This document shows positions 27,612-36,516 of a DNA stretch of 64,000 bases, in pieces. Within the stretch, counting starts at the first letter, position 1. Each line of letters starts with the position of its first letter. The notes under the pieces are model-generated. The model worked only from the letters and a program-made list of their open reading frames with translations. It was not told the DNA's origin and made no database searches. The DNA comes from Candidatus Saccharimonadales bacterium (GTDB lineage: Bacteria > Patescibacteriota > Saccharimonadia > Saccharimonadales > UBA4665): NCBI GenBank assembly GCA_035479955.1, contig DATIIE010000015.1, positions 2,268-66,267 on the forward strand, written 5' to 3'. A program made the position numbers and the translations under genes.

Positions 27612-27640
27612 AATCTATCCAAGGTTGCCCGCGGTTGCAA
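27612..27640 (-). promoter_or_regulatory. Sigma70-type promoter of the candidate ncRNA
   Basis: TTGCAA-N17-TAGATT, downstream of the rpoD terminator. Confidence 0.65.
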
Positions 27641-27708
27641 GTACTTTTTTTAAAAAACGCTAAAAACAGGCAAACTAGCCCGGCACAGCGAAAATCCGTA
27701 GCTCTGTA

Positions 27709-27750
27709 ATAACAAAAAGCACCCCGTACCTCAGGGATGCTTTTTGTTAT
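27709..27750. terminator. Bidirectional intrinsic terminator after rpoD
   Basis: ATAACAAAAAGCA...TGCTTTTTGTTAT, 13-bp arms plus CCC/GGG. Confidence 0.85.
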
Positions 27751-27810
27751 GGAAGGGCGGGCACATTTTCGCTGTGCCGGGCTAGTTTGCCCTACTACAC
27801 CTACTGCAAA

Positions 27811-28977
27811 TCATTTAATGTAATCGTGCAGCTTACGGGCATCCTTGTGCTTGCGCAGCTTGGCCAGGGCCTTTGCCTCAATCTGGCGGATACGTTCGCG
27901 GGTTACGCTAAATTCCTGGCCCACTTCTTCCAACGTGTGCTGTTTGCCATCTTCCAGGCCGAAACGCAGCTTAATGATCTTCTGCTCGCGCTCAGTAAGC
28001 GCGGCCAGCATGTCTTTTACTTGCTCTTTCAGCAGCTGGTTAGTGGCAGATTCTTCCGGCGAAATGGTGTCTTCATCTTCAATAAAGTCAGCCAGAACAG
28101 ATTCTTCCTCGTCGTCGCGGATGCTGGCGTCCAAAGAGGAAATGTCCTGCTTAATCTTCATAATGTGCTCAACCTTGTCTACCTCAATCTCCATGGCGTT
28201 GGCGATTTCTTCATTGGTAGGCTCGCGGTTCAATTCCTGGGTCAGGCGGCGCTGGGTGCGCAGCAATTTGTTGATGGTTTCAACCATGTGCACGGGGATA
28301 CGGATGGTGCGCGCTTGGTCGGCAATGGCGCGGGTAATGGCCTGGCGGATCCACCAGGTGGCGTAGGTACTGAATTTAAAGCCCTTGTCCGGGTCAAACT
28401 TCTCTACCGCACGCAGCAAGCCGGTGTTGCCTTCTTGGATCAGGTCCAACAGGTCCAAACCGCGGCCAACGTAGCGCTTGGCAATCGAAACAACCAAACG
28501 CATGTTTGCTTCAGCCATTTTGTCTTTGGCGTCTTTGTCGCCGGCAACAACGCGCTGGGCCAGCGCCAGTTCTTCTTCGGCGCTGAGCAGCGGGATCTTA
28601 CCAATCTCGCGCAGGTACAGGCGCACGCTGTCGTCAGCGATGTCGTCCAGGTAGTGCTGGTCTTCGGTAATTACCTCTTCACCGTCTTCAACAGTCCATT
28701 CGTCGCTCAACTCAACTGGCTCTTCTGTTTCCAGAGGCGCAGCTGTTGTAACAACCTCTACGTTCATGTCGGCGAGCTCAGTATACAGCTTGTCGAGCAG
28801 CTCAGCGTTCTCAGGGGTTTCAGCAATAGCAGTGCTAATGTCACGCTGGTCAATCTTACCGGCCTTCTTCGCTTGCGCGACGAGGTCTTTTTTCACTTGC
28901 TCAAGGTCTACTGGCGCAGTGGCGGCAGCAGCCTTTGGTGCTGCGGGGGTCTTTGGCTTCTTTGGCATAGGCTTCAA
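27811..28977 (-). CDS. rpoD: Resident primary sigma factor RpoD
   Basis: Directly downstream of dnaG; region 1.1, [46 protein letters not shown]. Confidence 0.97.
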   Translation of the reverse strand: MKPMPKKPKTPAAPKAAAATAPVDLEQVKKDLVAQAKKAGKIDQRDISTAIAETPENAELLDKLYTELADMNVEVVTTAAPLETEEPVELSDEWTVEDGEEVITEDQHYLDDIADDSVRLYLREIGKIPLLSAEEELALAQRVVAGDKDAKDKMAEANMRLVVSIAKRYVGRGLDLLDLIQEGNTGLLRAVEKFDPDKGFKFSTYATWWIRQAITRAIADQARTIRIPVHMVETINKLLRTQRRLTQELNREPTNEEIANAMEIEVDKVEHIMKIKQDISSLDASIRDDEEESVLADFIEDEDTISPEESATNQLLKEQVKDMLAALTEREQKIIKLRFGLEDGKQHTLEEVGQEFSVTRERIRQIEAKALAKLRKHKDARKLHDYIK

Positions 28978-28983
28978 GCTCCT

Positions 28984-30741
28984 TTATGCTTTATGGGTTC
29001 GTAATAAGTTATCGAGTTTCGCGGCGGTCTCCAGCAGTTTTTGGGAGCGCGAGTCATCTGTTGTCGTATCCAGTTCGCGGGAAATCCGCTGTTTTTGCAT
29101 TTTTACGTAACGTTCTATCAATTGGGCCTGCAATCGAGTGGCTTCGTAATGAAGTTCCGTAATCTCGAGGTCTTGATAGAGCTCTTCAAACAATAATGAT
29201 AACATTTTACCATAATCCGCCAGTGGGCGCCATGCGTCATCTGCGGTGGGGCCTGCGGTGAAGTCCGGATGCTCGGCCAGGAACGTCAAAAGGTTGCGCG
29301 CCTGCTCTTCTACCAGCATGCCGGGCTTGAACGGTTCCAGGTAACGGCGCAGCTTGGGCTGCAGCAGCGCCAGCGACAATAAATGGTTCTCTGTCTTAAT
29401 CATTTCCGATGCGGCTTTGTCGGGCGCCACGTTCGGCGTCCTTTTCGTTTTTAGCCGCGGAGCAGGCGCATCAGGGTTGGCCAGCTTGTTTAGCAGCGCT
29501 TCCCGGCTCACGCCAATCAGCTCGGCCACACGGCCGATGTAGTGCTCCTGCTCAACCTGGTCGTCCAGGCCGCGCACAGTGTTCAAAATGATGTCACTGA
29601 ATTGCTTTTTACCTTGGGCGCTGTGTATGTCCAGTTCCGTTTGGTAGCGCTCAATCAGCCAGTCTAGGGCGTACTTCGGCTGCTGTATAATCTGTTGCCA
29701 TGTTGCCGGGTTTTGCTTAATAAGCTCGTCTGGGTCCTTGCCACTGGGGATAGTAATGATGCTGAGGCTAACGCCAACCTTGCTGGCAATGGGAATGGCG
29801 CGCTCGGTGGCGTTCAGGCCGGCTTTGTCGGCGTCAAAGCTCAGGCGGATGTCGCCGGTAAAGCGGCTCAGCGCCTTCAGGTGCTGCTCGGTGAGCGCTG
29901 TGCCTGCTGTTGCCACCACCTGCCGCACACCGGCCTGGTGGCTCATAATAACGTCCAGGTTGCCTTCAGCAACCACCACATACTTGCTTTTGCGGATCAT
30001 TTCCTTGGCCAGGTACAGCCCGTACACATGGCGTGACTTGTCATATAGCAGGGTTTGCGGCGTGTTGATATACTTTGGCGCCTCAGGGTCATCTTGCAGC
30101 AGGCGCGCAGTAAAACCTATAACACGCCCCTGCGGGTCCTGCAGGGGAATCATCAGCCGCCCGCGAAACATGTCGCCGGTGCCGCGGCTGCGCTGGGCAC
30201 TAAGCCCTGCACCTTTCACCTCTTTGTCGGTAAAGCCCTTTTTCCGCAGGAAATCCACAAGCGCACCCCCGGTGTTCGGGCTATACCCCAGGCGCCAGTC
30301 CAGTACCGTTTGCTTGGCGAATTGCCGCTTTTTAAACACGTAATTCAGCGCCAGTTCACTGCGGCTGAACTGTACCTGGTAGAACCGGGCTGCCAGCTCC
30401 AGTGCCTCGTGCAGGCGCTCCTTCTCTTTCGTGTTGCTGCGCTGGCCGCCGCCGGTGCGATATTGCTCTAAATCAACGCCTGCTTTACGGGCCAGCAGCT
30501 CCAAAGCACCCTTAAAGTCCAGGCCTTCCATCTCCATGACAAAACTGAACATATTGCCGCCCTTGCCACTGCTGAAGTCGTGCCAGATTTGCTTCTCCGG
30601 GCTGACCATAAAACTGGGCGTACGCTCGCTGCTGAACGGGCTCAATCCCTTAAAATTGCGCCCGGCGCGCTTCAATTCCACATACTGCGAGACAACATCC
30701 TCGATGTTTAACCGGCTTTTAATTTCCTCGACAGCATCCAT
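28984..30741 (-). CDS. dnaG: DNA primase
   Basis: LSPFSSERTPSF (zinc-finger Cys replaced), FRGRLMIP, KYINTPQT, AEGNLDV, FDADKAG, PSGKDPDE. Confidence 0.97.
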   Translation of the reverse strand: MDAVEEIKSRLNIEDVVSQYVELKRAGRNFKGLSPFSSERTPSFMVSPEKQIWHDFSSGKGGNMFSFVMEMEGLDFKGALELLARKAGVDLEQYRTGGGQRSNTKEKERLHEALELAARFYQVQFSRSELALNYVFKKRQFAKQTVLDWRLGYSPNTGGALVDFLRKKGFTDKEVKGAGLSAQRSRGTGDMFRGRLMIPLQDPQGRVIGFTARLLQDDPEAPKYINTPQTLLYDKSRHVYGLYLAKEMIRKSKYVVVAEGNLDVIMSHQAGVRQVVATAGTALTEQHLKALSRFTGDIRLSFDADKAGLNATERAIPIASKVGVSLSIITIPSGKDPDELIKQNPATWQQIIQQPKYALDWLIERYQTELDIHSAQGKKQFSDIILNTVRGLDDQVEQEHYIGRVAELIGVSREALLNKLANPDAPAPRLKTKRTPNVAPDKAASEMIKTENHLLSLALLQPKLRRYLEPFKPGMLVEEQARNLLTFLAEHPDFTAGPTADDAWRPLADYGKMLSLLFEELYQDLEITELHYEATRLQAQLIERYVKMQKQRISRELDTTTDDSRSQKLLETAAKLDNLLRTHKA

Positions 30742-30795
30742 TACTTGTATTGTACGCTATGCTACCTCTGGCGCGTATACACAACCACCATAACC

Positions 30796-30824
30796 TTGCA
30801 AAAAGCACATTATTATGCTAATGT
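30796..30824 (+). promoter_or_regulatory. Promoter nearly identical to the one at 63005
   Basis: TTGCAA-N11-TTATGC-TAATGT, ATG 6 nt later. Confidence 0.7.
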
Positions 30825-30830
30825 TTAACC

Positions 30831-31772
30831 ATGAGCGAACGTCCCGCTGAAACCCGCCACTCACGCAAAAATGCTTACCCTGTTGTGGCAACTGGCGCCA
30901 CATTGGTAGGTGAAATGAGCGCCGCAATCTCCCGTGAACTCGGCAAAGAACCACCCCGAACTGGAAATATAGTGAACCGCGAACGCTTCCGCCGCCAGCA
31001 GGAATCCCGCGTGGCCGGGATCCGCCGCACCCGCGATACACTGCAGGCTACACCAGGCGTTGCCAGCATGACCCATACCCAAGCCTCAGAACATGTGCAG
31101 GAACTGGCGCGCATTGGTAGACTACGTGCCGACGACCAGCGCGTCGCCAGCCGTGAAGCCCGCTACGCCCACGATTTCCCCACCCCCGAAGCCCAGCGCG
31201 AAGCCCTTTTGGCCGAAGTCGCTGACATTGCCCGGCGCGGCGACACCGCTGGCGCATACGTAAACACGCCCCACGTACGCGGCAAAACATTCGGCGCCGG
31301 CTACATAGACGGCCAGTTCAGTTTCCGCGCGCCTATGGATCCTGTCACCCCCGGCCGCAAGGCAAACCCGGTAACAGAGGGCATTTCCTTCACTCCCGCA
31401 CGCCGCAATAATGGCAGCCGCGACACATTCGTTGTCGTAGACTACCAGTTTGACCGCGGCGGTTCTACGGTTACCGCCCGTGTGGCGGTTCCGCCGCCGC
31501 TCGGCCACCGCATGCTTGCCGCCTCTGTTGAAGACCCCGGTTTCGGCCGCGACATGGCCAGCACCATTCTTGATACCCGCGCCTTAAGCATAGACGGCAG
31601 CCAGGCCACCGACCCCACATTTGCAGCAAACCCTATCGGCGCCGTGCAAGTATTTGATGGCATCACCCAGGGCCCGCTGCAGGAAACCGCCGACAAAGTC
31701 GGCACCGGCCGCTTGTTCCTCCCAGCAGGCACACACATCCAATACCCTTCCCACGCACCCGCAGCTGTCTAA
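30831..31772 (+). CDS. Orphan protein (Arg-rich helical N-half, alpha/beta C-half)
   Basis: 313-aa ORF with its own leaderless promoter. Confidence 0.8.
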   Translation: MSERPAETRHSRKNAYPVVATGATLVGEMSAAISRELGKEPPRTGNIVNRERFRRQQESRVAGIRRTRDTLQATPGVASMTHTQASEHVQELARIGRLRADDQRVASREARYAHDFPTPEAQREALLAEVADIARRGDTAGAYVNTPHVRGKTFGAGYIDGQFSFRAPMDPVTPGRKANPVTEGISFTPARRNNGSRDTFVVVDYQFDRGGSTVTARVAVPPPLGHRMLAASVEDPGFGRDMASTILDTRALSIDGSQATDPTFAANPIGAVQVFDGITQGPLQETADKVGTGRLFLPAGTHIQYPSHAPAAV

Positions 31773-31837
31773 GCACAGACAAAAACAAGCACTTTGCGAC
31801 TTGCGAAACACAAGCAGCGTATGGTTACATGTGAGGT

Positions 31838-32467
31838 ATGAATCCACAGCAGTATGGCGGCTATCCGCCTACTCCGCCAAACAACCCATACGACTTCATT
31901 ACCTCTGCGCAGCAAAAGCCGCCGCGCGCCCCTGGCACCGTTGGCGGTAATTCGTTTATAGGCCGCTTGCTGCTTATTGTTGGCGGTGCAGTTGTATTTA
32001 TGGTTGTAGGTGCCGTGGTTGTTAACCTGCTTTTTAGCAGCAAAACAAACGTCGGCAGCTTAATTGCCATTACGCAAACACAGCAGGAAATCATCCGTGT
32101 CGCCGGCCAAGGCAGCGACCAAGGAGTAAGTGACCAAGTCATAGCTGGTTCAGGCATGAACGCGCGCCTGGTGCTAACTACCCAGCAACAGAACATGCTC
32201 ACCTACATGGGTACGCAGGGCAAAAATGTGAACAAAAAAGAGCTCGACCTAAAAAAAGACACTAAAACCGACACGCAATTCGCCCAGGCAAAAGCCACCA
32301 GCACATTCGATATAGTGTACGCCCAGGTACTTACCCAGGAATTGAAAGACTACGCCGCATCTTTAAAAACCGCCTACAACAACGCCAGTTCAACTGAAAT
32401 GAAAACGCTGTTGGCCAAAGACTACAACGAAACCCAGCTGTTGCTAAAACAGTGGCCTAATGACTAG
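31838..32467 (+). CDS. Single-TM hypothetical protein with a helical C-terminal domain
   Basis: P-rich N-terminus NPYDFI, TM at about residues 43-65, GAGG RBS. Confidence 0.82.
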   Translation: MNPQQYGGYPPTPPNNPYDFITSAQQKPPRAPGTVGGNSFIGRLLLIVGGAVVFMVVGAVVVNLLFSSKTNVGSLIAITQTQQEIIRVAGQGSDQGVSDQVIAGSGMNARLVLTTQQQNMLTYMGTQGKNVNKKELDLKKDTKTDTQFAQAKATSTFDIVYAQVLTQELKDYAASLKTAYNNASSTEMKTLLAKDYNETQLLLKQWPND

Positions 32468-32471
32468 CTAG

Positions 32472-32795
32472 CTATGCGCCCGTAACAAGCTGGTACGAAT
32501 GGCGGATAAGGTCTTGCACCTCTTCCCAGCTGAGCTGCCCGCTGATAATAATAGTATTCCAGTGTTTTTTGTTCAGGTGGTAGCCGGGCATAACACTTTC
32601 GTACTTTTCGCGCAGGTGTTTGGCGAGCGTGGGGTCACATTTCAGGCTGATACTTACCGGTGTACTGCCTTCTTTTACCAGGGCAAACATTTTGTCGGCA
32701 ACCTTATACACGGCAACGCCCTCGCCAAATGGATAATCCAGCACGGCGTTTGGCATAGTCAACAGATAGTCTTCTACTTCTTTATGGGAAACCAT
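32472..32795 (-). CDS. MmcQ/YjbR family protein
   Basis: YPFGEGVAVYKVADKMFAL, LKCDP, PGYHLNKKHWNTI, LIRHSYQLV. Confidence 0.93.
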   Translation of the reverse strand: MVSHKEVEDYLLTMPNAVLDYPFGEGVAVYKVADKMFALVKEGSTPVSISLKCDPTLAKHLREKYESVMPGYHLNKKHWNTIIISGQLSWEEVQDLIRHSYQLVTGA

Positions 32796-32799
32796 GTAT

Positions 32800-33246
32800 C
32801 TACTCTATCACTTCCAGGACGGCAGCCATGTTAGGAACAACGTGGTCGGCGCCGGCTTCGTGTAGTGGTGCGCCGTCTTGGCCATGCATTACGCCAATGG
32901 TGCGGCTCAGGCCTGCGTCTTTGCCCAGCAAAATGTCGGCGTGGGCGCGGCTTACCAGTACGGCTTCGTGGGCCTCAACCTGCAATAAGGCAAGCATGTG
33001 GTGCACACCGGAAGTTTGCTTTGGCTCAACGGTTTGGTCGGCGCACAGCAATTTGTCGAAGTAAGGGGTGAGGCCGGCTTCGTTAAGACGCACCAACGCA
33101 CGGTGGTCGCTGGCACTAAGCCCGCCAATACGCATGCCCAGCCGGCGCAGAATAGCCAGCAGGTCGCGTACGCCGTCGTGCACTGCACCTTCGGCGGCAA
33201 AAATGGTGTGGTCAATGTCGAAGATGACCGCGCGCATATGCATCAC
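32800..33246 (-). CDS. HAD-family hydrolase, cap-less, motif IV degenerate
   Basis: AVIFDIDHTI motif I; YFD, K, AG..TIGV..G; AGGAG RBS. Confidence 0.7.
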   Translation of the reverse strand: MMHMRAVIFDIDHTIFAAEGAVHDGVRDLLAILRRLGMRIGGLSASDHRALVRLNEAGLTPYFDKLLCADQTVEPKQTSGVHHMLALLQVEAHEAVLVSRAHADILLGKDAGLSRTIGVMHGQDGAPLHEAGADHVVPNMAAVLEVIE

Positions 33247-33296
33247 TCCTTAGTGTTGATGCACTAATTATATACTAAATTATGCTATTTGTACAC

Positions 33297-33851
33297 TTAC
33301 TGCTTCTTGCGAAGCCACTCGAGGTAGTATTGCAGCTCAGCAATGCTTGCCTGGATGTCATCAAAAGCGCGGTGCACTTCCCTTTTTTCAAACTCAACGC
33401 CAAATTTGCCCTGCATGAATACCTTCAGGGCGCTTACGTCCAGCATGCGGTAGTGCAGCTTGAGGTCCAGCTGCGGCCACCAGTACTTAATAAAGTTGCG
33501 GTCGTTGTGGATGGAATTGCCGCCCAAAATTGCCGGCTCGTGGCCGAAATGCGCCTGCACTAGTTCAATTAACTGCTTTTCCACTTCTTTTGGCGGCAAT
33601 GCGTCGTCCAGTTTTTGCAAAAATTCGTCGCGGTTTTCGGGATAATCTTTCCACCACACATTCTGTTGCATGCGCTCGGCAACCAGCTCACGCTTGTGTT
33701 TCACGCGGGCTTCGTAGCTGCCCAGGGTCTTAAAGTCAAAGTCGGTTACCTCGGCGGCAACCTCCAAAATAACGTCTTTGGTTGGCTCAAGGCCGGTCAT
33801 CTCTAAATCCACCCAGAGAATTTTTGTGGGGATTGCGTGCTTGTTGATCAT
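33297..33851 (-). CDS. orn: Oligoribonuclease
   Basis: WVDLEMTGL, ILEVA, GNSIHNDRNF, HYRMLDVS, HRAFDDIQASIAEL. Confidence 0.95.
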   Translation of the reverse strand: MINKHAIPTKILWVDLEMTGLEPTKDVILEVAAEVTDFDFKTLGSYEARVKHKRELVAERMQQNVWWKDYPENRDEFLQKLDDALPPKEVEKQLIELVQAHFGHEPAILGGNSIHNDRNFIKYWWPQLDLKLHYRMLDVSALKVFMQGKFGVEFEKREVHRAFDDIQASIAELQYYLEWLRKKQ

Positions 33852-33876
33852 GTGGGTAGTATAGCGCGTTTACACG

Positions 33877-34278
33877 CTATTTCTTGGGCTCGAAGTTAAG
33901 CGCTACAGAATTTATGCAAAAGTGCTGGCCGGTTGGCGACGAAGCGTCGTCGAACACATGGCCGAGGTGGCTGCCGCAGTTGGAGCAAACGACCTCTGTA
34001 CGGTTCATGCCGTGAGTAGTGTCGGGTTTTAGTTCAACTGTGCCATTGGCGGCGGCTTCGGAAAAGCTGGGCCAGCCTTCCAGGCCCGGCAAATCGGAGT
34101 CGTATTTGGCGTCACTCTTAAAAATGACCTGGCCGCAGGCGGCGCAGGCATATTCGCCAGTGTCTTTGTTTTGTAACAGTTTGCCAGAGTACGGCGCTTC
34201 GGTGCCCTTGTGGCGCAGTACGTCGTATTGGTCTGGTGTGAGTTTCTTCTTCCATTCGTCGTCGCTGAGTTGCAACAT
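33877..34278 (-). CDS. msrB: Peptide-methionine (R)-S-oxide reductase
   Basis: LTPDQYDVLR.KGTE, CAACG, GWPSF, RTEVVCSNCGSHLGHVF, CINS. Confidence 0.97.
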   Translation of the reverse strand: MLQLSDDEWKKKLTPDQYDVLRHKGTEAPYSGKLLQNKDTGEYACAACGQVIFKSDAKYDSDLPGLEGWPSFSEAAANGTVELKPDTTHGMNRTEVVCSNCGSHLGHVFDDASSPTGQHFCINSVALNFEPKK

Positions 34279-34295
34279 GATGTGGCGCCCCCCTA

Positions 34296-34775
34296 TTATT
34301 TTTTCTTAGCTAAACGGTCCAGTTTAAACAGTTTGAAGATGGCGTACACAATGGCCGCAACAACCACAAAGTTGAACAGGTTGTACACAATAACGCCCCA
34401 GTTAACTGCTACGGCGCGGTGGTCGGTGACATGCACGTTTACCACCTGTTCGGCCAGGCTCTTTTGGTTAGGCAGCACCAGCTGGGTTAAAGGCAGCACC
34501 AGGCCGGTGGTAATACTGTCGACGACCACTTTGAGCTGTGTACCCAGTACTAAACCGATACCAATGCCAATGACGCTTTGGTCGCGCAAGAAGTCGGAAA
34601 ATCCGTTCAGCTGCTTGCTTACCTGCTTGCTGATAACGTCGTTCACTACCTCTGCCTGGGCAACCGGGCCAAGATTGCGCAGCTTGGAAGCCACCTCTTT
34701 CTTCTGGCGCAGGCGCTCTTCACGTTCGGTAAGTTTGGAAGCGTTGTCTTTAGTCTTCTTCTTGGCTTGTGCCAT
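34296..34775 (-). CDS. mscL: Large-conductance mechanosensitive channel
   Basis: F..FL...SVIGIGIGLVLG, NWG...NLFNFVVVAAIVY; extra basic N-terminus. Confidence 0.85.
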   Translation of the reverse strand: MAQAKKKTKDNASKLTEREERLRQKKEVASKLRNLGPVAQAEVVNDVISKQVSKQLNGFSDFLRDQSVIGIGIGLVLGTQLKVVVDSITTGLVLPLTQLVLPNQKSLAEQVVNVHVTDHRAVAVNWGVIVYNLFNFVVVAAIVYAIFKLFKLDRLAKKK

Positions 34776-34809
34776 GTTCGTTCTCCTACGTTCCTTGTAT
34801 TATACCCTG

Positions 34810-36483
34810 TTACATACGTTCGGGTGCGGCAATGCCCAACAAGCCCAGTCCGTCCTGTAATACGTCGGCGTACAGCGAGACAAGCTTGAGGCGCACAGCT
34901 TCGCGCGGGTCGCCCACAACATGCGCGTGCTCGTAAAAACGGTTGAAGATTTGGGCCAGCTCGTACAGATAGGTGCAGATGTGGTGTGGCATGAATTCGC
35001 GGGCGGACTTTTCTAAAACTTCGGGGTATTCGCTTATTTTGCGGGCTAGCGGGCGCTCCAGTTCGTCGAGTTCCGCCAAGTGCTCGGCTGCAGTCCCACC
35101 CTTCACAAGCACGCTGCGCGCGCGGGCGTGGGCATATTGCAAATACGGGCCGCTGTTGCCTTCCAGGCTCACGGATTCCTTGGGGTCAAAAATAATGTCG
35201 GCGCCAATGCGCTGCTTCAAAAAGGCGTACTTTATCGCGCCCAGCACTGCCCGTTCGTCGTCGCGGCCGGTTGCAGCGCGGTTGGCTTCATTGGCTGCAT
35301 CCAGTACGTCAACAGCGCGCAAAAAGTTGCCTTTACGGCTGCTCATTTTTACGCCGCCCTGGAGTTTTACATTGCCGTGGGTGAAATGCGTGGTGCGGCG
35401 GGCGAGTTCCGGCTCATACTGCTCCACGCTTTTTAAAACTACTTTCATGTATTCGTCGATGTCATTGCCGGTAATGACGATGGAGCGGTCAAAATGGTAA
35501 TCCCGCCACTTGCTCATTAGCACGCCGACATCTTTGGCTTCGTACGTAGGCAGGCCCTGGCTGTTGATGAACACGCGGGTGTGCAGGCCGTATTTTTCGC
35601 CGTCGAACACTACGGCGCCGTTGCTTTCTTCGTACACACCTTTAGCCTGTTGGTCGCGGACGGTTTGCAGGCCCAGGGGCGCTACTTCACTTTCGGGGTA
35701 ATACTTTTCAAATGGAGTGCCGATACGCTTGTAGAAAACGTTGAAATAATCGTAGCTCCACTGGCGGCAGGTCCAGTAAATGTGCGCGAACGGTGACTCG
35801 TGGTCGTTATCGGCAAACAGCTGGTATACACGTTTGTTCAGGGCGATGATTTCGGCTTTGGCAGTTTCGTCGTCTTCGTAGGCCTTGGTGCCGGCCACGT
35901 AACATTTGGCCATCCACTCGCTACGGCCGTTTTCCGGGACGTCTTGCAATTTCTCTGGATGTTCGCCGCCCAGCTCCTGCAGAATTGCCCACATGGTTTT
36001 GCCCACATGCAGGCCAACGTCACCGCCAAAGTTTACGCGGTGCACATTGCCGCCGGCTTTTTCTACGACGTTAGAGATGCTGTCGCCCACCACACTTGTG
36101 TACAAATGACCGGCGTGCAGCACCTTGAACGGGTTTGGGTCGGAATATTCGGTAACTATTACCTGGCCTTTGAACTGCTGTGGCGGCGTGGTTGGGGCAG
36201 CCTCAGCGGCGGTGGCCAGCGCGCTATCGCTCAAGCGGATGTTGATAAAACCAGGGCCGGCAATGGTAATGTCGCTAACACGTTCGCCGTACGCTTCGCG
36301 CAGTTTCTCGACGAGCTGTTCGGCCACGCCGCGCGGCGGTTTGCCGACGCGTCCGGCCAGCTGCAACGCAACGTTTGTGGCGTAATCGCCAAACTGCGGC
36401 TCTGGCCGGGTCAGTTCGGCTTTTACATCTGCACCAAATAGGTCGTGGATAACGGTGGCGAGCACCGTGGTCATCTCTTGCAT
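34810..36483 (-). CDS. argS: Arginine--tRNA ligase
   Basis: FGDYATN, GPGFINI, EYSDPNPFKVLHAGH, KMSSRKG, GNSGPYLQYAHAR. Confidence 0.97.
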   Translation of the reverse strand: MQEMTTVLATVIHDLFGADVKAELTRPEPQFGDYATNVALQLAGRVGKPPRGVAEQLVEKLREAYGERVSDITIAGPGFINIRLSDSALATAAEAAPTTPPQQFKGQVIVTEYSDPNPFKVLHAGHLYTSVVGDSISNVVEKAGGNVHRVNFGGDVGLHVGKTMWAILQELGGEHPEKLQDVPENGRSEWMAKCYVAGTKAYEDDETAKAEIIALNKRVYQLFADNDHESPFAHIYWTCRQWSYDYFNVFYKRIGTPFEKYYPESEVAPLGLQTVRDQQAKGVYEESNGAVVFDGEKYGLHTRVFINSQGLPTYEAKDVGVLMSKWRDYHFDRSIVITGNDIDEYMKVVLKSVEQYEPELARRTTHFTHGNVKLQGGVKMSSRKGNFLRAVDVLDAANEANRAATGRDDERAVLGAIKYAFLKQRIGADIIFDPKESVSLEGNSGPYLQYAHARARSVLVKGGTAAEHLAELDELERPLARKISEYPEVLEKSAREFMPHHICTYLYELAQIFNRFYEHAHVVGDPREAVRLKLVSLYADVLQDGLGLLGIAAPERM

Positions 36484-36516
36484 ATCAGAGACAAGTATAC
36501 CAGATTACGGGAGTCT

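Noticed and set aside
27787-29004. 405-aa plus-strand ORF over rpoD
   Set aside because: Antisense shadow of a highly conserved gene; no motif, RBS or promoter support.
28984-30741. Loss of zinc-finger cysteines in DnaG (LSPF instead of CPFH) as a pseudogene sign
   Set aside because: The ORF is full length with intact catalytic motifs; I recall this variant as common in CPR primases.
32800-33246. Short HAD gene as a pseudogene
   Set aside because: Clean RBS, start and stop with no frameshift remnant; cap-less HADs exist, so it is reported as a CDS.
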